A stretch of 63,327 nt of DNA, counting the filler, from Nemertoderma westbladi (Eukaryota > Animalia > Xenacoelomorpha): NCBI GenBank assembly GCA_032718475.1. It is 2 parts of 2 records of this genome, joined end to end, with 100 filler letters (N's around TTAATTAATTAA, not from the genome) between each part and the next. Parts side by side here need not be neighbours in the genome. Positions count along the whole stretch, not along the records: positions 31,989 to 63,327 come from JAUCBJ010002577.1; 1 more part is not named here. The stretch is one strand, 5' to 3'. Below, one piece after another: positions 37,901 through 48,164 of this stretch (position 1 is the stretch's first letter; the number at the start of each line of letters is the position of its first letter). The notes below the pieces were generated by a model. That model saw only the letters and a list, made by a program, of their open reading frames with translations. It searched no databases and was not told where the DNA came from. The translations under genes were made by a program, and so were the position numbers.

Positions 37901-38114
37901 GGACAACTGCCTCTTGGTTCCGTTTGACCTGTGCCCGAGTGCCTATGATGGACCTATGGTGGATTAGCCTAGGGTCTGATACTACTGGAGGGATGACCTT
38001 TCTTGCAGTAGGAGGTGAGCTGAACTCCTTTCTTAATCGCTCCACACTCCTATCTGTGTCACAGATGGTTGTATCGATCAGACTGTCTGACAGGTTTTGC
38101 TGAGTGTCAGACAT
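31989..38114 (-). CDS. BEL/Pao LTR retrotransposon gag-pol polyprotein (runs into the gap before integrase)
   Basis: Single open frame with gag (KFNGD...W..F), three Cys/His knuckles (CALC..H....C, CYNC....H....C, CAKC...HH.LLH), protease LLDSGS, RT (RVVFDGS, DIEGMFLQV, YMDD) and RNase H (HVFGDAS, PRAELKAA, WTD, NPADIASRG). Confidence 0.97.
36775..36935 (-). repeat. 27-bp coding repeat (AAEAEAERK) x ~5 in gag
   Basis: Visible in both DNA and translation. Confidence 0.95.
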
Positions 38115-38249
38115 GTTTAGCTATACAGTTGAATGTCTACTACTATAGTTTCAGTTAAAGCAAGTCTAGTAATTCAGTATGACCGCAAGCCTAGCGATTT
38201 ATTACCGATACCGTTACTCGGTGTAACGTGATATATATACAATATATTA

Positions 38250-38502
38250 GAATACCGGTATGCTTATAGTATATATATAAGTATTATTACAGACTAGATT
38301 TGTCACAGAGTACCGGTATATAATTTTAGCACAAATATATATAAATATATAATAGGCCTATCGTGAATACCGGTATACAGCTGACACTTATAGTATATAT
38401 AAGTATAATTATTACAGACTAGAATTAATTACAGAGTACCGGTATGATTTCAGCTCAAATTTATAGAGATAAATATAATAAGCCTATGGTAAATACCGGT
38501 AT
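38250..38502. repeat. ~120-bp tandem repeat in the BEL 5' leader
   Basis: Recurring AATACCGGTAT...ACAGACTAGA...GAGTACCGGTAT blocks. Confidence 0.75.
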
Positions 38503-39479
38503 GTCAATTATCAATTATTTTAGAATAATTGAATTTCTGAATATTTTAGGGTTACTTGGTTACTTTAACTTACTTTATTACCGTTATTTAAGCAGTAGTC
38601 CAACTGATATTGAGACCTAGTTGTTGTATGGCAGGCCTACTATTTATAAATCGTTTGAGTTGATTTATAATAGATATATACCCGTTTAAAAGGGGTTTTG
38701 TCAATATTTGAAATAAATGTTATTATTTCTGGGGGAGTCACTACACAGAAGCTGTGCGCTCTCAGTGAAGTGTTACTTATTGAGACACTAAAACAGATAA
38801 TTCTAATTTACCTAAGTTACTTAATACTACAAATTACTTACGATACGGGTGAGATTAATTCTCTAATTAAACACAACAAAATATTACGTACGAATTTTTT
38901 AGGGTAATTTTACAGGAAGTCTACAAACCAGCCTAACAAAGGGTTAGATTTCTGGTTATTACAACGGACAGGGTACTACGGTATTTGAAATAATAAGTAG
39001 TAGTAAATATATTGCACTGTCCAGATAGGAAAATACCACCGCCTGACGACCTATAACCGTATCGCTATAGGTACTACGTTATGTATCACGGAGTGTTCCT
39101 ACCCAGAAGTTAATAGAGCTAACGAATGTGCCTATCAACCACTTTACAACACAAATATACTGCCTACACCCTAATTACTCTCGGAAAGCACTGTACACTA
39201 AACCCTAAATTAGGTACAAGTACTGGTACAACAAATAATCAGTAGTTAAATATACTTGAACAGTTAAAAGAACCACGGCATCTGCTGGAGTGACCAGAGC
39301 ACAAAGTCACCAGTCTTGTCCTACGCCAAGCAGCCCGTGTAGTACCGGGGTTAATTTAACTATAACGGTATGTATAACAAGCACAATTACTGTAGGGATA
39401 AACTTGGGGACATGAATGTTGCGAATAATCGCATAAACTCTGAATAATAAATATTACGCTACCCGTACAGAATACTCAA

Positions 39480-39886
39480 ACAAAAATACAAACCAAACGC
39501 TGGCAGACTACCACCAAGCCTAAATAAACTACCGTACGCGTAGATTCTGAAATAGTTAGTTAGTATGCGTTCTAACACGGTAGTACGACTTATTCTTTAA
39601 GAGGGGATTGACCTTACAGCTATGGCTGCCCCAACTTACTAACGGCACTTTATCAGACAAACTCCACACACGCAGCAATCTCTTCAGACCTAATAATAGC
39701 TAGACAACAATCCAGCCTACAAAATATCTGAGTAATAACTATTACGGTACCTGAACAAACTACACAAACAAACACAGGCCAAAATGCTGGCAGACCACGA
39801 TCAAGCCTAAATAAACTACAGTATATGCAGATTCTGAAATTGTTAGTTAGTATGCGTTCTAACACGGTAGTACGACTTATTCTTTA
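39480..39886. repeat. Direct repeat pair (~115 bp; 39480-39598 and 39768-39886)
   Basis: Shared GCTGGCAGAC...GTTAGTTAGTATGCGTTCTAACACGGTAGTACGACTTATTCTTTA. Confidence 0.85.
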
Positions 39887-41429
39887 TTATTCTTTATTCT
39901 TTATTCTATATTACAGTTTATCTATGTCGGGAAGGGAGGGGGGGGGGGGGGGGGTATAGTCCCTATAGCCCTCCTTCGGGACTAATCAATGACTTGCTGC
40001 TGTACTCTTGGCCGAACGGATATTTAACTACACAATGGATACAGCGTGTTAGGCAGTAAGTAAGTGGGCTGCTAATAATTAATAGCCCATATTTATTTTT
40101 AAGACTATAATAATAATTGAACACCCAATTATCTACCCCTGTACTCCTCTTACAGCAAACAGTGTTTGTATAGTAAGCAGAATGTCAATGTGTATAGGAA
40201 ATGAACATTTCCCCTGGATAACATACATTTAATTAGTCGCCCAGTTTTAGCCCCTGTCTAATTATTAATTAAACTAATAAATGAAAATAAACTAATATTT
40301 ATTCTATTAATAATTACAGAAACATTGTGATTTACTCTTTATTACTCAAAATATGTTCAATAGTAATAAATACAGTGTGTGATCCTACATTTATTTGTAA
40401 GATCAATACGATTTTAAATTATTCCAGAGCCCACCAGCAGCCCACGCACGTTAACTATGTGCGGATGTGTGTGGATTTCATCAAAAATAGAGTTTATATT
40501 TTAATTATTATTTACCTCAGAGGCTGGCAATACAAGGTAGGAGTGTTATCTTCCATCGATGACCATACATCAATGAACTGAACACTACGCAAACTTTAGG
40601 ACGAGTTTAGTCCATTCTATACAACTTAATGATTGACAGGTTAGAGAAGAAGTGGACCAGCACAAGCATAGTCTGAGTCAGTCCACCTTTCAGACATCAA
40701 AGTAAGCGCCGATTTCCAAGTAAATTCCTAATGAAATCCAAGTCAAATCCTAAGTGCCTCCAAGTCTGGAATTTGGGCTAAATTTCATTTCCAATTAAAT
40801 CCTATCTCCAATAGTAGTGAATCAGTGAATTGGATCCTAATAGGATTCTATTAGGATCCAATACGACGTTATTTGAAAGCGGTACTGTATTTGTGTTTAT
40901 TAGCCTTCAAAAATTAGTCAACAGAACGACCAACAGACGGAAGGATGGACAACGGTCGGAAGAAATACATAAACTACATATGCAATACTGTAAGCCTAAC
41001 TGGTAAGCAGTATTGCTGTATTGCAGAATACTGAATTCATGATTAGTGTTGTCCGGACATTTTGTGTGTTGTCCCCAAACGTTTGACTGTTTTCCTGCGA
41101 CTTGCCGGCGATATGCGGAGATGAAACTTGGCATAATTACTTTTAGGACTGCGATCTACTGTTATTCACATTCTTTGTGGCCATTTTTGATAATCGTCAA
41201 CCATTTTTTGACTGTGGCTTGACTGTCGCCACCATTTTTAGGTGTTGTCACAAATTCCACCTATCCTACAAAGGGCATATCTAGATCTAGGTTATTTCAC
41301 ATTGACTTTTATTGTATTGATTAGAATAACCTGCAACTCAACTTTCCTGATAATTAACATTTAATTAACTGATAATAAACATTATCGGCCAAGCCATTCT
41401 CATCGGTATAGCGTTTACATCATAGCATT

Positions 41430-42000
41430 TAACCCTATTTGGTCGGGGGGGGGGGGGGGGGGGGGGGGTGATTTATTTTAGAAATTTTTTGTACTGTAAA
41501 TCATCTGTATCTTTGTGTCATGTTTGTTGGGAAAACCGAAAATTCGTGACTTTTCCTAAAATTTAGTGTGCAATCCAACAGCGAAAACGCCGTTTACATG
41601 GCTATGTTAAGTTTTCGTGCGGTGGATCCTTTCGGGTATTTTTTGTGCTAAAATTTTCAAATATTTGTTTGGCTCACTAAAATAAATTTATTTGCGGCAT
41701 ATAGCGGTTTTTTGGATGCTAATCACGATTATAGAACAAAAATATAAAATTCGAGTACATTTTTGGTAATTTTGAATGTGCCATCTGGGGCACGAAAAAA
41801 CAACTAGTATAAATATGATATGATAATGAAAAATCACGACGAAATCAAATTGATTTTATGACCATATAGGGATGCTGATCACGAATATGACAATCAAAAA
41901 TATCGTATTATCCAACCAAATATTCCAAATTTAAAATTCCAAATATTAGCGGTGAATTTTGTTTGACAACAAAATTCAGGATAAGGATAAACCTCGGAAT
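41430..42000 (+). mobile_element. Possible piggyBac-type non-autonomous element, one end only
   Basis: TTAA|CCCT terminus followed by poly-G; no matching AGGG|TTAA found. Confidence 0.3.
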
Positions 42001-42062
42001 TTCGACAACAGCAATTTCCCAAAGGAGCCAACGGTTACCACGAGACGGTCAACTACGAGGAG

Positions 42063-43270
42063 TGTTCGCGCTTTTCAAGACCTTTAGCAGTTTAACCTGC
42101 CAAAATTTATATGTCTTTTAGTTAATTAACACACCTTTAGCATACGACAATATTTTATGCTAATAAACAAAACATTAACCGAAGCCAGCCCATGCGCGAT
42201 CATTCACCCGATGGATACACCCGGGAGGCTGAATTCGGATGCTTAAATTTTATTATTGCAGTGTAAGATTGCAGTGTAAACCTACTGTATTATTCGATTG
42301 ATCACTCATATGTAATTTCTGACAGATATTATTAACTTTCGGGAAATATTAACAGTTCCTTTAGGACGTGGCGCTCTATCTATTTAAACAGAGCTAGGAC
42401 TTATACTAAACGCAACGATAATGCTTATGATTAAATTATTAGGCGCATTCTTTAGGAAATGCTTTGTTACCAATCACAATCATGCACACTATTCTGCCGA
42501 CCGTCAGTAAATTTGATCACACATAAAGAGAACAGCAATTGACTCATGTAGTGTCTGCTAAATAACATTAGATTCAATACACACCACATTGATATAAATC
42601 GCAATTGTTATGTATAGCCTGTCTCTCTAACCTGTAGTGTATCAAGAAAATTGGGAATTTTGGGTGATTTATCAGTATTCTCCAAAGGGCAATATTTCAT
42701 CAACAAATCGATACAATTAATAACTGACGGTAAATAACAGTACAAACAATATAATTAATAAGTAAAGTTCGTGCCGTGTGCCGATTAAACTAGTGACTAG
42801 TGACTAGTTAAGTCAAGACTAGCTAGGTAACAGTTATACTTTCTATAATTTAAGCAGTTTTACTAGAGTTCTTCCCAAAAGCCGGTGTTCTGGCGAAAAA
42901 TGGGAACACAACAACAGAATCATATGACTACTACTCTATACGAGGATACCAACTACCCTTATTCCACGAAGCTCCCGTCCAACACAGAGGATGAGCATAC
43001 AGATAGGAAATTCAGTTCAGTAGCTCTGGGATAGGTCAAAATCAACGCCAACTCAAATTCTATTGGCCGATACGGAAAGCAGGGCTGAGGCAACCTTCCT
43101 AAGCTGGTTGGCCGATCGAACAGAACCCAGATCCCTTCGCACAGCAAATCAGCCAATCAGCCGGTAGCTTGCACTATTCTAGCTAGATATCCCTTTTTAG
43201 AGTATTCAGGGACTGGGGGGAACTGGTTAGCAAAGCAAACGAATCAGTTATCCCACAAAAGCTTTTACAA
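42063..43270 (-). mobile_element. Diverged homologue of the LTR end at 13414-14645
   Basis: Colinear similarity from TGTTCGCGCTTT to CAAAAGCTTTTACA (e.g. GGAAATATTAACAGTTCCTTTAGGACGTGGCGCTCTA is shared). Confidence 0.85.
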
Positions 43271-43816
43271 GGAGGGACCACCTATAAACTAGACAATCCG
43301 AGTCTACCTTCCGTAGGGCAACCTCCACAAACTCACAGAGAAATAGACACCAGGATCAGGTACATGAACAAAGGGCCTGAGTGATCAACGCACGTATGGA
43401 CAACGAATACGTGCAGTTATAACTCGAAAGAGATAAGCTTGCGCAAGAAATCATCAATCAGCATAGGACGATCGACATCGAGGAACCCGAAAGAGAAACT
43501 GAACTCGAAATCGAGAAACGCAAATGAGAACACGCTAAAGTTAACAAGATACTGATATGGGAGGCAGAACAACGAACCCGGGAAATAATGACCGAAAAGG
43601 TCATGATCCAAAAGAAATGCAAGGATGATGCCAAGTTGGACGATTATGAAACTGCTCTCCTTGATCGAGATCTTCTGATCGAGGAAGGGAAGACAGGTAA
43701 AGGCTTACAGTACATGTGAGTGATTCCATATTTATTGGAAATTTCCAATACTTGAATCGTATCGCGTGTGAAAGTGACAAAATAAGAAGGAGGCAATAAA
43801 CAGTCATCGAACATTT

Positions 43817-45743
43817 TTACAAATTTGGAAAAATTACGTCACCTCTAGCACTGTAACTGTCACCGGTACTTTTGAAGCACATTGGTGAACAGGTGAACGT
43901 AGATATCGTAGTTGTCCAATTGGTGATAAAAAATAATGTGGTTAATGGTCTGGTTTCCACTGATAATGGCATTTGCAAATATCCATTACGTGTATCCAAT
44001 TTTGTGAAAAATTTATTGCCTGTGCCAATTTAGGTTGTTGCTTCTATTGGTGTAGGTGCTGGATATAAAGGTGAGTGTCTTTGGGTCGGCACAAATACAA
44101 ATTGTTTTATCTGGTTAGCGAACTGTTACCATCGGATGGTACCAAATGGCAGGTTCATCGGCGCTTACCAGTTCTATAACGCCAGTGTTAATCATAGAGT
44201 TTGTTGGCGAAGACAAACGGGAATTGTGCGTGCAGTCCTAATAGCAGTGGGTGTGTAATTTCCTTTCAAGTGTGTATATCCATTGGAGTACCAGCTGAAC
44301 CACACATTGGTTGTAGTTCTTCAGAGTCATTAAATACTGTGTTAAAATAGTGTGTAAGTTTATCCCAAATTGCCAATTTCTCAATTTCAGAAGAATTTTG
44401 TGGTATTGAATTGTTAAAATCCATGGTTTGTATCTCTGTATATATTGGCAAGCAAGTTGGTAACGTTAGTGAAGGGTAATCTTAATTCAATTATTTAGTT
44501 ACAGATGCAACAAATGAGTTATTATTATAAATTGGTTCGGGGAAATTGGATAAGATTATTCCTAATTTGCAACAGGTGTCACTACAGTATCTAGGATATA
44601 CCATTGACACCTTCATAAATTGTTTAGACAGTTGTTGCATGCTTAGTACAGTAAATAATTTAATGTCTAAAAGTTATTTGACCAATCTTGCTTATAATAC
44701 CACCATTGATATTTTTGTATGGTTTTTCGTTAGATTGGATAATTGGTTTAATTTCAGCCGAAATACCAAGATGGTGATCAAAATCATAACCTGCAACTGT
44801 CTTGTCAGTTCCAGTTCGAAACCTAAGATGAAAAGAAAAGCTAATAATTCATCTTCATCGATATCTCCGACTGCCCGTCTATTTGCTATAAGTTTTGCTT
44901 TAAATACCCCAGGTGAAATGCCATTCTGTGATGTGGTCAGGAAATTTTTCCAAGCAGTTGATTTTCTGCATAACCAGTACAGGTACTGTATGATGCCAAG
45001 ACTAAGACTATGACACCTGTACAAGTTTTTGGATCAATGGCTGGTGAATTTGTGCAGATTAAATTTAAAAAATCCGGTATCATGGGCAATGAGCCATCTA
45101 TGATGATTCAGGAATATTTGATGCCATCGCATAATTCCTCCCATAGTATTCGCCATTCTGTGAAAAACATGAAGTCAGTGTCCTTGGTAAGACGTTGTGT
45201 GGTGGGGACATCACGTATATTTGTTGGTAAGGGCGCGTTAGCGGTAGGGGTGGTATTGTGAATTTTCTAATTTCTTGATTTGAGAATTGCATCAGCGTCG
45301 TATTGTTTCCTAGCAATACCTCCATGTATTTCATCTTGAATTTCGTCGCTTAAAGCATCTAACTCCTGATGGAGGGCGATGACCTCCTTTTCGTACCGTG
45401 CATAACGTTCACGGCCATCTTCATCCACTGTTGTGATAGTTGCTTCATAGTTTTCAGTAACATTGATGAATGCATTGACCAGGGGCTTGATGTTATCGAC
45501 CTCATCATGAAGATATTTGACATGGACTTCGCGACGATGGGCAGAAGTCCATAGGGCTTCCACGGATTGGTGGAGAGATGTAGGCAAAATGCTTTTGTAA
45601 CACGAATTTGTGGTTTGATCCTGGCGTCCTTTGTGACCTTTATATCAGCCATTGTATTTAAGACTGATATTAGTGCTTTAGTATATTAGTCGCTGTTATT
45701 AGTGCTTAGGATTAAAAGAGACGCTTTTACCCACAATGCGCCA
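43817..45743 (-). mobile_element. Decayed Gypsy/Ty3 LTR retrotransposon internal region (PBS, gag, protease region, RT start)
   Basis: ...CACAACA|TGGCGC LTR-end/PBS junction at 45744/45743; gag-like start at 45652; RT motif DTRNGYLQMPLSVETRPLTT; many stops and frameshifts. Confidence 0.7.
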
Positions 45744-46145
45744 TGTTGTGGTTCATCACAGCATTGTTTAGTAAAATGAAATAATATAGTTTAAATAAAC
45801 TACATGTCAATTATTACATTAAAATAAAATGTACATAATATTAAATGTTTTACTTCTAAACTTTTACAAAGAAAAACTCTACAATTATAAAGATACACAT
45901 ATTGTCCTATCACATAGAATCCAGCTGATCGATATAGCTCTCAACAAATCACAAATAACCAAAGTAAAGTACTCTAACCAGATGTCAATAAAAAATAAAC
46001 AATAACCATCACCAATATAATAACGTATAGTTCGTTGTCTTTCATATTATAATGTCCAATGTGATATAATCAACTTGATAGAGTTCAATATCAATTATGG
46101 AATCACTATAATCCGGTAACGAACTGTATGAGTTACAGACTGTAA

Positions 46146-46850
46146 CTACTCTACTGGAACGGTTTCCATTTCGCTGTAGGGTTCTATGATTCTTTCGCGT
46201 TTTACCATGAACGGTTTCCAGCCATCAGAACCGTCTCCTGTGGAATACTTCTTACGTTCCATCACAAGACACGGACCCAAATGTTTCTCCTCTAGCAGTT
46301 CGTTGCAACAACCTCTTCCACCCTCTGGATAATACTTATGTTGTTTAGCCTTGCAGTCACCGATGTGTAGAAAAATCTTTTCACCACTGTTACGATATTC
46401 CTTGTGGAACAATGCCGGGGAATCACATGGTAAAGTATCTGGTGGCTGCCCCACAGGGTATGTAGGTTCAACAATCACAATGTTGTTTGTGTTATCAACA
46501 CCCATACATCTCATGCGATCAGTTTCGAATGTCAGTAGCGAATAAAATCGTTTTGACAAAGAACCCCTTTTTCTATGTTCATATATGTATTGAGTTATTA
46601 TCGTTCCCGACTTACAAGCTGCCTCGTTCTCATAACATTGGAAGGTTATGTCGTTATTGTTATTGTCGCTATCGCACTCCAAGTATTGTGCGTTATAACC
46701 TTTTTTAACAATTTTCGTTTCACTTTTACATTTACTTTCGATATAAATTCTTATTTTATCTCCCTTTCTTCCTGTCCATTTGCATTCATCATCTGTCTCT
46801 TCAACGACACCCGGAGAACAACATAGGCATTTTTTGAGAAATTTCGCCAT
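46146..46850 (-). CDS. Intronless 234-aa protein, putative IL-1/IL-18-family beta-trefoil cytokine
   Basis: Intact ORF (an upstream in-frame ATG at 46907 lies in the transposon end). No signal peptide. Ordered motifs EETD, QYLECD, TIITQYIYE, LLTFE, CMGVDN..IVIVE, PPDTL, ALFHKE, KIF and FMV parallel IL-18 LESD, QVLFID, TIFIISMYK, VTISV, LSCENKIISFKE, PPDNI, IIFFQR, MQF and FTV. Confidence 0.65.
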   Translation of the reverse strand: MAKFLKKCLCCSPGVVEETDDECKWTGRKGDKIRIYIESKCKSETKIVKKGYNAQYLECDSDNNNNDITFQCYENEAACKSGTIITQYIYEHRKRGSLSKRFYSLLTFETDRMRCMGVDNTNNIVIVEPTYPVGQPPDTLPCDSPALFHKEYRNSGEKIFLHIGDCKAKQHKYYPEGGRGCCNELLEEKHLGPCLVMERKKYSTGDGSDGWKPFMVKRERIIEPYSEMETVPVE

Positions 46851-47019
46851 TAATAAATTATTTTTAACACTATACAGCGCCCATGTGAAGTTTCCCAGGA
46901 TTCCCATTCCCAGCGGAAAAAAAACCCATTAGAAAGGAATTTGACATTCATGTGTTGCGCGAAGTCCTCTTTTTTTTTTGAGAAGGGATGGTCTGTTGAT
47001 CACTGGGTCGGACGGTGAG

Positions 47020-48160
47020 TGAGAAGGTGGGCGGGTGGGTGGTAAGGTGGGTGGGTGGAAGGGAATGTGGGAAGGTTGATGGGAATGTGGGAAGATAGGA
47101 ATGGGGGAATGTGGGAAGATGGGAAAATGGGTGGATGGGAATGTCTGAATGTTGGTAGATGTAAATGTGGGTAGATGGGTATGTGGGAAGGTGGATGGGA
47201 ATGTGGGAAGATGATAATGTGGGAAGGTGGATTGGAATGTGGGAAGGTGGGTGGGGATATAGGAAGATGGGAATGTGGATGGGAATTTGGGAAGATGATA
47301 GTGAGGGAAGGTGGATGGGAAGGTGGGAAGTTGGGTGGAATTGTAGGAAGATGGGAATGTGGGAAGGTGAATTGGAATGTGGCAATATGGGAATGTGGGA
47401 AGATGGGAATGTGGAAGGTGGATGGTTATATGGGAAGAAGAGAATGTGGGAAGGGGGATGGGAATGTATGAAGGTGGGTGGGAATGTAGGAAGATGGGAA
47501 TGTGGGAAGATGGGAATATGGGAAGGTGGATGGGAATTTGGGAAGATGATAATGTGGTAAGGTGGATGGGAATGTGGATGGGAATTTGGGAAGATGATAG
47601 TGAGGGAAGGTGGATGGGAATGTGGGAAGTTGGGTGGAATTGTAGGAAGATGGGAATGTGGGAAGGTGAATTGGAATGTGGCAATATGGGAATGCGGGAA
47701 CATGGGAATGTGGAAGGTGGATGGTTATGTGGGAAGAAGAGAATGTGGGAAGGGGGATGGGAATGTATGAAGGTGGGTGGGAATGTAGGAAGATGGGAAT
47801 GTGGGAAGATGGGAATGAGGGGAGATGGGAATGTGGGAAGGTGGATGGAAATGTGGGAATATGGGAATGTGGGAAGATGGAGGGAAATGTAGGAATATGG
47901 GAATTGGGAAGGTGGATGGGAATGTGGGAAGGTAGGTGGGAATGTAGGAAGAATGGAATGTGGTAATAAGATTGGAATGTGGGAAGGTGGATGGGAATGT
48001 GGGAAGATGGGAATGTGGAAAGGTGGGTGGCAATATTGGAATGTTGGAAGAGTTGGTGAGAATGTGGGAAGGTGGATGGGATTGTGGGAAGGTTGATGTG
48101 AATGTGGGAAGATTGATGAAAATTTTGGAAGGTGGTTGGATGGGAATGTGGGAAGGTGGC
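47020..48160 (+). repeat. Degenerate (GGGAATGT/GGGAAGAT)n satellite
   Basis: Direct inspection. Confidence 0.97.
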
Positions 48161-48164
48161 CAGA

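Noticed and set aside
42063-43270. 5' LTR of the intact BEL at 31989-38114
   Set aside because: No TGG PBS next to its end, and ~4 kb of other repeats intervene; the link cannot be supported.
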